From Cladosporium halotolerans (Eukaryota), in contig NW_027191454.1 in the NCBI RefSeq assembly GCF_011745625.1, positions 682,001 to 746,000 on the forward strand: a stretch of 64,000 bases of DNA, in the 5' to 3' direction. Numbering within the stretch: position 1 is the first letter of the stretch; every line of letters begins with the position of its first letter. The notes beneath the pieces were generated by a model. It was not told the DNA's origin. It made no database searches and was given only the letters and a program-made list of their open reading frames with translations. Below are positions 53,201 to 64,000 of the stretch, one piece after another. A program made the position numbers and the translations under genes.

Positions 53201-54290
53201 ATGAGACCTATATTGCTTTCCGGCCACGAGCGCGCGCTCACCCAGGTCAAGTGAGTGCTCTGCGAAAAGCGAAAAGCCCTGCGCCCGCGCCCGCACCCGC
53301 TAACATCACACCCGCAGGTTCTCTAAGGAAGGCGATCTCATCTTCTCCGTTTCCAAGGATCACACCGTCTGCGCGTGGTACAGCGCAAATGGCGAGCGGT
53401 TCGGTACTTACAAGGGCCACGTCGGTGCCCTCTGGACCGTGGATGTCGACCCTCACACCCGCCTGCTCGCGACCGGCGGCGCAGACAACACCATGAGACT
53501 TTGGGAGGTGCAGACCGGCAAGCTGCTGAAGACTTGGGACTACTTGACCTCGATCAAGCGCGTGGAATTCTCGGAGGATGGCAAGCAGCTTTTGGGTGTG
53601 ACGGAGAAGCGTACCGGACAGCTCAGCCACATCGTCGTCTACGACATCGACTCGAACCCCGAGGCCGAGCAGCCCGACGAGCCCACCCTCCGCATCATCG
53701 TCGACGAGCTGCCCCGTGTCACTGTCGCAGGCTTCTCTTTCCTCTCCCAGTACATCGTTTCCGGCCACGAGGACGGCAGTGTCTCCCAGTGGGACGCTAA
53801 GACCGGCGAGCTCATCACCAACGTCTTCTCCCACGACGCCGACATGCAGGTCACCGATCTCCAGTGGAGCGCCGACCGCACCTACTTCCTCACCGCCAGC
53901 AAGGACAAGCAGGCCAAGCTGCACGACGCCCGCTCGATGGAGGTCCTCAAGACCTACGTCGCCGACACGCCCCTCAACTCCGCCGCCATCACCCCCGACC
54001 CTCAGAGCTACGTTATCCTCGGCGGTGGCCAGGCCGCCATGGACGTCACCACCACCTCCGCCCGCCAGGGTAAGTTCGAGGCCCGCTTCTACCACAAGGT
54101 CTTCGAAGAGGAGATTGGTCGCGTGCGTGGCCACTTCGGTCCCCTCAACTACGTCGCCGTCGACCCCACTGGCAAGTGCTACTGCTCTGGCGGTGAGGAC
54201 GGTTACGTGCGTGTGCACCATTTCGACCCGCCCTACTTCGACTTCAAGTTCGAGGTCGAGCGCGAGGCCGCGTCCCAGTCGCGCATGTAA
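53201..54290 (+). CDS. TIF34: Translation initiation factor eIF3 subunit i (WD40)
   Basis: Exons 53201-53250 and 53318-54290 (intron 53251-53317). [55 protein letters not shown]. Confidence 0.96.
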
Positions 54291-54682
54291 GTGTCGAGAT
54301 TAGGGAAGGTATAAAGCGAAGCGAAAAAAATCGGGCATGCAAGCTTGGTGCTTGGCGAGGCGTTGGAGGCGTATGTAAAGTCCAAAAAGGGGGAGCCCTC
54401 GGAGGATGGGCGGTCATTATTCCACGTTAGGTATGCATTAGATGTTTGAACGAAGCATGAGCATCATCTTTGCTGTGTTCTACAAGTACCATGATTTTGA
54501 TCGAGGGAAGATGAAGAGATACCGATCTCGGCATGAGGAGAAAGTGATTTATTCCATGAACGTGAAATGGCAGCAATTCGCTCCGTAGGGGTTATGTTGG
54601 CAAAGATTGCCTGAATCGACGCGTCGTTTAGAAAGAACTCCACCCAATTGTAACACCCGTCCAATCCAAGAATGCACCGGCC

Positions 54683-55498
54683 TCACATCGCCATCTCCGC
54701 CTGCAGTTTCCGCAGCTCTGCCTCTTCGTCGTCCTCCTCTGCATTCGGAGTGTTCTTTGCTACAGACAACCGTTAGCACTATATCCAGTAGCCCCTCATC
54801 AGACAAGCACAGAAGCAACTTACTCGGCGCATTCGGCATCCTCTGTATCTGATCGCTGACCGGCACGCTGCCCGTCTTGAGCATGCGCTCGTCGAGCTGC
54901 TCCTGCTGCAGCTCCGCCAGCTCCTCGTCCAGCTCGTCCTCGTCGACGCCCGTCGTCTGCGCGCCCTGCGTCAGCGCCTCGGCGATCTCCTCGCCGACCG
55001 CGTGCTGCTCGCGCAGGTCCTCCATCGTCTGGTCGACCTGGTCGACCGTGAGCCCGCCGTGGATCGTCTTCATCGCCTTGCTGGCATTCTTCATAGCATC
55101 CAGCGTCTCCTTGTTGATGTTTGCGGACTCGATCGACCCGATCTCCCGCTCGACGGTCATCATCTGCGCGGCTGTTTGCTCCAATTGGTGCTCGAAGGCC
55201 TTTTTTCGGCGGAGGGCGGCTTTTGCGACTGTTTGAGTACTGTGTTAGCGGGATATGCTCTTGCTCTTGGTTCCTAAATGGGGTCCCCTAGTCCAGGGCT
55301 GGCCGACTTACGGGTCTTGTTCGAGTTGACGTTCTTCCTCGCTATCGCATCCTGCTCATCCATCTGGTTCTGCAAGTGCTTCTCCCGCTTGGAGAGCATG
55401 TCAAGCGTGCTCCGCAGGCCCAGAATGGCATTCTTCGTGCTGTCCTTTTTCTTCGCGGCGTTGCCGCCCCATAGGCTGCCTAAACCCCAGCCCGACAT
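54683..55498 (-). CDS. SNF7: ESCRT-III subunit Snf7/Vps32
   Basis: Exons 55498-55312, 55228-54824, 54759-54683. Motifs AKAALRRKK, IESANINKET, VDQTMEDLREQ, DEDELDEEL, C-terminal EEAELRKLQAEMAM*. Confidence 0.94.
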
Positions 55499-56035
55499 GT
55501 TTGAAGTCGCTCACGAATTGCTAAAGATAGTTGTACTTGAACAGAAGGCTCTCTCGGCTCGTTGCCGCTCCAGGCACTGTGTCGTGTGCTCCTTTAGGTC
55601 GTTCGTGCACAGGCAGTCTCCCCCACGTTCCTGCTCTGAGTCTTAACCGGCCGGCTGGTCGTTTGCGGTGTGCAGCGCTGCGGTCGTTACCAGGCTTTGT
55701 AGGCTGGCGGTCAGGTGGTTACCTAATAAGTGAATGAGGTCGTTCGTGCACGGGTGTCTGTTGTCTTTACTGCCTGCGATGTGTGTTGTGCCTCGCGGGT
55801 TGCAGGTGGGCTATCAGTCTCGCCCGCGCCCGCATGACGTTCGAGCGCCGGCCGACGGCTTGCGGGAACAGCCGCCGCCGTCGCCTTTGTGCCCTATTGC
55901 CTGCGACAAGAAGGTTTGGCTGTTCCACTTCTTCACTTCATCACAGAGCTGGCGGCTGGGAAATGCATCAACAAATTCAAAGATTCTGAGCAACACATAC
56001 TTGTGATCACAATAGCGACCGGACCGCACGTGCCA

Positions 56036-56484
56036 ATGGATAGCGCTCCGGCGGCTAGCCACCTGCTGCTCCTATCACAATTGCCCACTGTCGCGGTAGG
56101 TACCAAGGTTAGATTTCTCGGATGGTAGGTTTCTGACTGTACCGTCATCTCGACTACGGAATCTGACGCTTCAACAGCGTTGAGACATACAACAACGAGT
56201 CGGCTGTGCTTGTGTTGAGGGATCGCTTTCCCGCCACCACCGCAAGCTCCGATGTCGTGCATGTCAACGTGGACCATATTCTGTCTGCTTTGAACATTCA
56301 ATTGACCCAGGTAGGCGCTTGGATTAACGTTGTTGGATACACTCGAAAAAAGTCGAACTTTCCAACTATGCATAATGCGCCCAAGCAAATGGCTTGCACC
56401 GTTGACGCAATCACGGTTTGGTCTGCTGGGGCGATCAAGCTGGACGAGTACGAAACGGCTGTGAAAGATTTGCAATCCGCCTGA
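56036..56484 (+). CDS. TEN1: CST complex telomere-capping subunit Ten1 (OB fold)
   Basis: Exons 56036-56124 and 56178-56484 (intron 56125-56177). GTKVRFLGCVETY, VNVDHIL, VGAWINVVGY, VDAITVWSAG. Confidence 0.85.
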
Positions 56485-57767
56485 TCACAATTCTGCAACT
56501 GCAACTGCGACTGCAACCTCATCTGGCCATTTTAGAACATCGAGGGGAACACTCCAGACCAACGCTGGCTCCCTCTACGTCCACTCTTCATGCCTGTCAT
56601 CCTTATCGTTTTCTGGTCTAGCTAAGTTCGAATCGAAGCCGAGGATGTATTTCTTTGAGACATTAAGAATGGCTGGAGACGAAGTGAGGGGAGAAAGCAA
56701 ACATCATTATCAAAGATTTGTTGAAGGCCGTACGAGAAAGAGCTCAGTCCAGGACCAGGGATGGGTTCTGGAGTCCCAACGCTCCTAGACGGGAAAATAC
56801 CGGAATTCGCCATTCTCAGATTGTTCGAGTTCTCTATGGCGAGGGTTTACACATCCTTCGCTACTGCGCTTGACAGATGACCAACGCACCCCACATTGTG
56901 GCGCTGCATGATACGGCTTCGAAGTAGCGACGTGAAACGTACTATAGTGAAAGAACTGTGGACGATCACGGGGACAGCGATAGCTCTCGGTATTCTCGGG
57001 GAGCCCGATCGCTTGTATCAGCACTGCCTAGTCGTGCCGTCCACTTGCCATGCCTGGAAAAGGCCTGCTGTGAGCTGGCAGCGCCTCAGGCTTCTCTGAA
57101 TGGTGTGTAGCCTCGAAAATATGCGCCACTCCCTGCAGCTTATTGATGCCGCCAGCCGGACTCACCGGATTCTTGCACCTCGTGATGCATACTTTGTCTG
57201 GCACCTAGACATCGCTCATCGAAGCATGGGACACACGATTAATCTAAATTGCCCGATACTTGGCACAAAGCAGGCCATGAGAGCGAATAACATCCCGCGA
57301 GTCCATGCGAGGAACCGTCACTTGGAAGAACTCAAGCGTGCAGAAGCGTCTGGCAGGCGACTCGCCATGAATGCTTGTACCCCAGGACCTCAAGGCTGGC
57401 GCCGGCACCCCGCATTCATTTGCGCTGTGTAACCAACGCGTGAGCTCCGACCTACATGATTGTTTGGACTTGGCCGTTTTAAGAAACGCCACACATACTT
57501 GTATGCATGCCTTAGCACTGCTGTCACACACCGCGACCCTCGCATTCTCAGTTGCATGCCCGTCCATGTCAGCTTTCCGCGCTCCCTGCAGCTTGGTGCT
57601 CACGAGTACCGTACCATGGTGGCCCTCGTCTTATTTGCATGAGCTGGCCCCCGCATACATATAATATGGGCGGCCTCGGTGCTTTCTCTGTCATTGCATG
57701 ACTCCTGGGCTCTGACGCATGACAAGTCCATACGGCAGAAAATTAAAGCAAAGTATTCGTTGACAGC

Positions 57768-60146
57768 ATGGCATCGCCAGCGTATGTTGAATTAAAAGAT
57801 TAAATTCCTTCTTTCGGCTGACGATCCGACAGTGAAGATGTCGCTGGCCTCACGAAGCAGCCTGAAATCGAGAAAGACGCTGGGTACGGTGGTAACGATG
57901 TCGTAGGCGGCGCCCAAACCCAGGACTGGCGAAAGCAGAGTGTGGTCGCAATGACCGAGAATGTGACGGGCGAAATCAAGAACCCTTTAGTCGGCATCCC
58001 AAAGGATCAATTGATGGCAGAAGTCGACCTATTTGCCATCAAGTACGGCTTCAATGCCGACACAGAGGTGCCTCTTCTGCGCAAGGGCGCCTTGGTAGCC
58101 CAAAACCCATCTGATTTCGAGAACATTCCCGAGCTGGACGAACCGGATCGTGATGCTCTTCGCAAAGAGGTTACACATCGTTGGAGGCACCCATGGGCTC
58201 TGTACATGACAATCGTTCTCAACTCAATCGCAGCTGCTATCCAAGGCTGGGATCAGACAGGCAGCAACGGTGCCAATCTGTCTTTCCCCGTCGAATTCGG
58301 CATCGGCGACACACCGCCGCACTGTGGTGACGACCCGAATGGGCAACTCTGCCAGAAGAATGCTTGGATCGTCGGGTTTGTCAATGCCTCGCCCTACATT
58401 ACCATCGCGTTTTTCGCCGGTTGGCTCAGCGACCCGATAAACCACTATCTTGGTCGAAGAGGGACTATCTTTATTGCCGCTATATTCTCTCTGCTCGCGC
58501 CCATCGGGTCTGCTTGTACTCAACACTGGGGAGAGTTGGTTGCTTGCCGTGTTATGCTGGGCATTGGCATGGGTCTCAAGGAGGTCACAGTGCCAGTCTT
58601 CTCCGCTGAGAATGCCCCTACAGGTAAGCTTCAACGAACGTAAAGTATCTATCATGCTTCACGCCACTGACAAGCGTCTAGTAAGTGTTATTGATCCCTT
58701 CACTGGAATTACCCAGCCGGGACAGCATTGGTTGCCAAGAACAGCACTTTATCCTCACGTCAATCACACCTCACCATAATCACCACACAAGATATACTCA
58801 TAATATCAAACACTGACCACACATCTCACCAGATTATCCGCGGAGGCCTCGTTATGTCTTGGCAAATGTGGACGGCATTCGGTATCCTACTCGGAACCAG
58901 TGCTAACCTCGCAGTTTTCGAAGTAGGCGACATTGCATGGAGATTGCAGCTTGGTTCTGCCTTCATTCCAGCGATCCCCTTGGTTCTGGGGATCTACTTC
59001 TGCCCTGAGTCAGTACTCACTTTCAAATGCACACTTCACTCTTGGATTTCAGGCCTCAGAGCTGACCGATTGAATAGATCTCCACGATGGTATCTCAAGA
59101 AAAAGCAGCCATACAAGGCTTACAAGTCTCTTCTCCGACTGCGCAACACACCACTCCAGGCCGCAAGAGACGTTTACTACATCCAAGCTCAACTGGATCA
59201 AGAGCAACGCATGGTCGAAGAGGCCGGCCTAGCAAAGAGCGACAACTTCTTCTCACGCTTCATTCAGATATTCACGATTCCGCGAAACCGCAGAGCCACT
59301 CAGGCTTCGGGCATCGTCATGATCGCTCAACAGATGTGCGGAATCAATATCATCGCCTTCTACAGTGCCACCATCTTCAGCAGTGCTGGATTCAACGAGC
59401 GAGACTCACTTCTGCTATCCTGGGGCTTTGGCCTCACGAACTTCGCGTTCGCTTGGCCGGCCGTTTGGACCATCGACAAGTTCGGACGAAGAGGCTTACT
59501 GCTGTTCACTTTCCCCAACATGGCTTGGAGTTTGCTAGTTGCCGGGTTTTGCCTCCTGATCGATGAATCAAGCAGAGCGCGTGTGGCCCTTGTGGCATTG
59601 TTCGTGTTCATCTTTGCAGCCTTCTACAGCCCTGGTGAGGGACCGGTGCCCTTCACATACAGTGCTGAATGCTTTCCACTGAGCCACAGAGAAGTCGGCA
59701 TGGCCTGGGCAGTGGCTACAAACAGTGAGTCTCCTGTTGTCTTGCTTACATTCGTTCAAGCCTAACAGATTATGGCAGACTTCTGGGCCGCCGTCCTCTC
59801 CATCTCTCTCCCCCGCATGCTCGCAGCATTCACGGGCACCGGCGTCTTTGGCTTCTACGCTGGCCTCAATGTCACCGCTTTCTTCTTGATCTTCTTCTTT
59901 ATGCCTGAGACCAAGCAGCGTACGCTTGAAGAGCTGGACTATGTCTTCGGAGTCCCAATGCGCACTCATGCTGCTTTCCAGAGCAGGAAGCAGTTCCCAT
60001 GGTGGTTCCGTCGCTGGATCCTACAACGCAAAGGCGAGCCGGAGCCGCAGCTGTATCACTTCGACAACGACGTCTTCATCGAGAGGACGGAGAAAGTTCA
60101 GGTTGCGCTGAGGGATGACGGGGATGATGGGGAGGTGAAAGTCTAA
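57768..60146 (+). CDS. MFS sugar porter (polyol/myo-inositol transporter-like)
   Basis: Exons 57768-57781, 57833-58622, 58833-59008, 59078-59724, 59779-60146. Motifs [89 protein letters not shown]. Confidence 0.9.
58623..58832 (+). other. [D1,2] spliceosomal twin intron (stwintron)
   Basis: Internal intron 58624-58681 (GTAAGC..ACTGAC..TAG) splits the donor G|TAAGT of an external intron (58623 plus 58682-58832; ACTGAC 58812-58817, CAG 58830-58832). Of the routes checked, only this one restores the frame. Confidence 0.85.
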
Positions 60147-60608
60147 CAAATCAATGTCAAAGGCAGTTAGGATGACCTTTGTCTAAGGCGAGTAAGCGGT
60201 CGCTACAGGAACAGTCTGTGGAGGGAAGCCAGGAGAACGATATCCTTGTTGTTTCAGTCTCATTAGTCCGATAATCAATTGAATGTATTGCTGCTTCAGC
60301 ATCTTGATTGAAGATGCCCTAAGTTAAGCGATAATCTACTGGACTCCGTTTTGGCAGTCTTCCTCCGTTGGGTGATGCTTCTTCGTGTCATGATTTCAAT
60401 CAAGTATTGAGGCTAGATCAATACTTGTTTTCTCGCATCCGAGGTTCAAGAACTAAAAAGCTCAATTAGAAACCCGATGACCCTGCAGCCACGCTTTCCC
60501 GCATCCGATGAGAGTGATGCCATCAAACAAGCAAATCCTCGAAACCCACCATGCAACCATTGCTCTCCGTCAGAGTGTATCGACCGTCAATTCCACGGTG
60601 CACCTGAT

Positions 60609-62486
60609 CTAAGCCCTCTTAGCCGCCCACCCAACCTTCGCAACTCGACTCATCAGCAGAAAAAGCCCACCCACCAGCAAACACGCCCCAGCAAACGCCT
60701 GAGCTCCCAGGTAAGGCTGGTCCGTTCCATGCTCCTCGATCCTCCAGGTAATCAGCGCGCCGCCAATAGGCGTGCCGATCAAGCAAGCAATCCCAATGCA
60801 AGAAAAGATCCCACCAGCTTTCACGCCCATCTTGTCCGTAGCCAATTGCGCTTGTTCGCCATCTGCAGCTCCTGTCCCGGGTTCCAAGCAGAAGGTGTAC
60901 ACTGTCGGCGCGTACAGCACCTGCACGCCGGCGCTCACGAAGCCGTAAAAGCATGCCACGACGGTCAAGCTCGCTTGGTTTGGATGGCCGCTACTCGCGG
61001 TCCAGAGCCAGACGACGGCGCTGGAGAGGAAGGCGGCGGGGATGATGGTATTGAGGGGGCCGATACACTTGTCGGATATCAAGGCGGGCACGAACCGGCC
61101 TGGTAGGTTTGCGGCCAGCATGTAGACTAGCAGGTTGGTTGATGCGGTGTCGGACAGGTGCAGGACTTCGGAGGCGAAGGAGACCATGTAGACGAAACCG
61201 AAGTAAACGCCGAGGAAGGTCAGGAACATTCCGGCTGCGGCGAAGAGGTAGGCTGGAGAAGCGAATGTGCGCCAGTTGAGAGACCTGGATGGTTTGGCTT
61301 TGTGTTGAGGTCGGAGGTGTGGCTGGTCGCGCATGCGGTACACCAAGTTCGGGGGAATCATCGTTCCTGTCGCCACGGCGCCAATGATGCGCATGGTTGT
61401 TGCAAAGCCTTTCTCGACTAAGAAGTGCCGTGCCAACAGCACGTAGGCAATCCCTCCGATGCAGCTTCCAGCGGCTCCCAAGCCCATGGCGACGCCCATT
61501 TTGCGCTCATCGAACCAGCTCATCAGCGCAAGGATGCCAGAGCAGAACACCATGCCCATACCTAGGCCCGTGATGAGACCCTGCGTGAGCCACAAGCTCC
61601 AGAACTCTTCGCAGACACTGCTCGTGAACAAGCCTAGCAGCATCAAGAAGGTTCCGCCGTGGAACATGGACTTGAAGAAGCCGATATCGACTAGCCTGCC
61701 GACGGGCACACCCAATCCAAAGACCAGGGCCAGTTGCGTGCTACCGATCCAAGCCACAGTGGAAGGTGGGGTTCCTGGGATATAGTAACGGGTGTAGTAG
61801 GCCTGGAAGAGGCCAAATGCATTGCTAACTCCCCAGCAGTTTCCAACGACCAAAACCGCAGTGAGAGCATGCAGCCACGCAATACGACCATTGAGTGGTG
61901 CAACAGGACGAGGCGGCAAAGTCTTATTGACCTGAGGAAGAGAGCCGGTCGATCCAGTGTCGGAAGGGCTAATTTGAGCTGGTTTCGGGGGAACAGGTGG
62001 CGGGTTTGCAGGGCGAAGGCCAAGGATCTTCTCGGCCTTGTGAGGTTCATCGTCGTAATCGTTGGGTGCAAAAAAACTCGGGTATGGAATCTCGCTCGGA
62101 GTCAGAGAGATGCGGTTCGAGAAGCGGTTGATCGAGTCGCGGATGTTGGGGCGAGCCGTCGGTGGCTGTTGCTGCGAAGGCACTATGTCCTCGAGTGGGA
62201 TGTCTTCGAAGCCGTGTAAGCTTCTACTGTTGGTGAGAGTGTGGGTCTGGCTAGTGCTGTAGTCGCCGCTGTATACCGTGGAGCGAGGGCGAGAGGCACG
62301 ATCCATGTTGTACCCGAGTAGCCACGATCGTCGAGTATTTTTCTGGTTTCGCGAGGGCAGTGAAGGTGGTGTTGAATAGCGCCTCGAATTATGTATAGCA
62401 GAGCGGTGAACCTCTCCAAACGACGAGGGTGTTCTCGACGACTCTTTAGAGGCATCCTTCTGGTTGGATCCCAGGTCTTCCGCCAT
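60609..62486 (-). CDS. MFS monocarboxylate porter family (Mch5-like) with long N-terminal extension
   Basis: GRIAW, WGVSNAFGLFQAYY, VAWIGSTQ, GRLVDIG, QGLITGLGMG, WFDERK, GRFVP, IGTPIGGALI; likely ATG 62486 (ACA ATG G). Confidence 0.85.
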   Translation of the reverse strand: MAEDLGSNQKDASKESSRTPSSFGEVHRSAIHNSRRYSTPPSLPSRNQKNTRRSWLLGYNMDRASRPRSTVYSGDYSTSQTHTLTNSRSLHGFEDIPLEDIVPSQQQPPTARPNIRDSINRFSNRISLTPSEIPYPSFFAPNDYDDEPHKAEKILGLRPANPPPVPPKPAQISPSDTGSTGSLPQVNKTLPPRPVAPLNGRIAWLHALTAVLVVGNCWGVSNAFGLFQAYYTRYYIPGTPPSTVAWIGSTQLALVFGLGVPVGRLVDIGFFKSMFHGGTFLMLLGLFTSSVCEEFWSLWLTQGLITGLGMGMVFCSGILALMSWFDERKMGVAMGLGAAGSCIGGIAYVLLARHFLVEKGFATTMRIIGAVATGTMIPPNLVYRMRDQPHLRPQHKAKPSRSLNWRTFASPAYLFAAAGMFLTFLGVYFGFVYMVSFASEVLHLSDTASTNLLVYMLAANLPGRFVPALISDKCIGPLNTIIPAAFLSSAVVWLWTASSGHPNQASLTVVACFYGFVSAGVQVLYAPTVYTFCLEPGTGAADGEQAQLATDKMGVKAGGIFSCIGIACLIGTPIGGALITWRIEEHGTDQPYLGAQAFAGACLLVGGLFLLMSRVAKVGWAAKRA

Positions 62487-62995
62487 TGTGACTGTGATGG
62501 AGTTTCCACACTTGCGATGGGTAAGTCTCGATGTTTCGAAGAGCAGGTGTGTCCATACGATGGATTGGTGGTATCTCAATCTTACAATGCTCGCGGTAAC
62601 TTCTGCAGGCGTGAATTAGATTGCGCCGGCTTGGCAAACATGTATGTGAATATGTTTGCGCAGGGGGTTGGCACAGCCAGTGAATAGGCCAAGCGCCACC
62701 ATTGTTCGCGAGAGGTCAGGCTATTGTCGGCAAATACTTGAGACCCAACTCATGCTATCAATGTGAAGGACCACATGCCGCTAAAACCGTTGTTGAGTGT
62801 CACTTGACATCTGTAATGCTCTTAGCTAACATGTGACTGATAGTTTCTTTGAGTGCAGGTATTGACGCCCTCGAGCGAGGCGCAATCAAAGATTTGATAC
62901 ACTTTGTCAATGGTGGCATCACTGATTGCTGGCCGTTGAAATATTCCCAAAGTGTCCCATTCCCCTAACGCCTTGCAGCAACGCTGACCGCAACC

Positions 62996-63858
62996 CTAGA
63001 AAATGCTGTTTACAAGGTTACCACCAATGGTAGCACCAGCACCGAAGATGGTGGCATTCCCCAACTTCTTGCCGAACTTCTTGCCGTTCTCCTCAAACTT
63101 GCTAGGAGCCTTGCCCTCGCCATTGCCCATACCTGATGTGAAGTCAGCCATCAAACCCGGTAACATGCTTGTGCATTTTTGAACTCACCAGAAACCTCGA
63201 GAGGCATGTTGCCGTAGTTGTTGGTTGTGCTGCTAGCCGGCGCCTTCTCCTCGATGACCTTGACGTACGACCGAGGGAAGATACCCTCTTGGCCGGTGCG
63301 GCTAGAACGGCCCTTCCACCATTCGGCGTTCATGTATTCAGTGACAGTAATGTGGTCGTTCGGCTGCAGCGCAAGATCGCCGGCGTCGGTGGAGTTGTAG
63401 GGGTAGAGTGCAGTTGCCTGGGCGAGAGGCGGGTAGTTCGCTTGCGGCGGAGGTCCAGGAGGAGCACCATAGGCAGGAGGAGGTTGCGGCGTAGCAGCGG
63501 GCTGATAATAGCTGTTATCCTTCTTCTCGTCCGTCGCGCGATTGGCACCGTAGCCGTTGTTCTGGAGGTTCATGTTGTTCATGGCGGAGGTGGGGGGCTG
63601 AATAGTGCCAGCCTGAGACTCCGGCGTAGGCACGGCACCGACAGAAAGAGGCGCATGGAGGGCGGTCTGCTGCGGCAGACGCTGAAGGAGATCTGAGAGT
63701 GTCTGTGGGGAGATGATGGCGGCGTCGGTGAGGTATTCGAGTTCCTAAGCGCCGTTTTAGCTAGTAACACTTGCAATCGGGCGGGCAAGACATACGGCCT
63801 TGATGGTACGGATGGACCGGTTCACCATGGCGGTGTGCATTTCTTCAAGAGGCGACAT
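62996..63858 (-). CDS. LSB1: SH3-domain protein, Lsb1/Pin3 family
   Basis: Exons 63858-63796, 63744-63189, 63132-62996. SH3 ALYPY..GDL..EWWKG..GIFPRSYV; C-terminal KKFGKKLGNATIFGAGATIGGNLVNSIF*. Confidence 0.87.
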
Positions 63859-64000
63859 GATGAACGAAGCGATTGGCAGCCGGAACACTACAAATCGCAA
63901 GCGGTCCCGAATGTAGTGGTTGGAAGTGTGAAGGTCGCGGTAGGGCTGGAGTATTAAGGTACAGTAGGTTGGCTCGGGCTGTGCACAAGGCGGATCGTCG

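Noticed and set aside
54279..54290. eIF3i ends in PTS1-like -SRM
   Set aside because: eIF3i is a core cytosolic initiation factor and the upstream context is not basic; likely chance.
58624..58832. Single ordinary GT-AG intron, or a frameshifted sugar-porter pseudogene
   Set aside because: The 209-nt intron shifts the frame, while the rest of the gene is intact and the stwintron model restores ENAPTIIRGG using only canonical signals.
1..64000. Transposons, RIP-degraded repeats, CRISPR arrays, tRNA or rRNA genes, secondary-metabolite cluster
   Set aside because: No transposase or RT motifs, long terminal repeats, AT-rich blocks, spaced repeat arrays, recognisable structural RNAs or PKS/NRPS genes were seen by eye; a covariance-model scan was not run.

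Overview
Eukaryotic DNA: a gene-dense, repeat-poor region of a filamentous ascomycete genome. The short GT-AG introns carry CTRAC branch points; Dothideomycetes is likely but is an inference. I can support about 27 protein-coding genes, most with introns that I resolved by hand. They are NCE102, a type-B carboxylesterase, four MFS transporters, SNF1, DBF2, an alpha/beta hydrolase, a DUF7053-like protein, phospholipase D1 (SPO14), IEC3, the head-to-head leucine-catabolic pair mccB/ivdA, SPF27, PMU1, a 2OG-Fe(II) oxygenase, an FHL1-like FHA-forkhead factor, C1-THF synthase, eIF3i (TIF34), SNF7, TEN1, an LSB1/PIN3-like SH3 protein and several hypothetical or orphan ORFs. No rRNA, tRNA, transposon or CRISPR array was recognised. 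The standout is a nested spliceosomal twin intron ([D1,2] stwintron, 58623-58832) in the sugar-porter gene: the reading frame is restored only if an internal intron is first removed from inside the donor site of an external intron. Other points of interest are Leu3/LeuB- and FarA/B-type motifs in the 208-bp mccB/ivdA bidirectional promoter, a two-ATG C1-THF synthase that may serve both mitochondria and cytosol, stop-free in-frame introns at key C-terminal motifs, and a strong C-rich to G-rich switch within several genes. All assignments come from motif recognition; no database searches were run.
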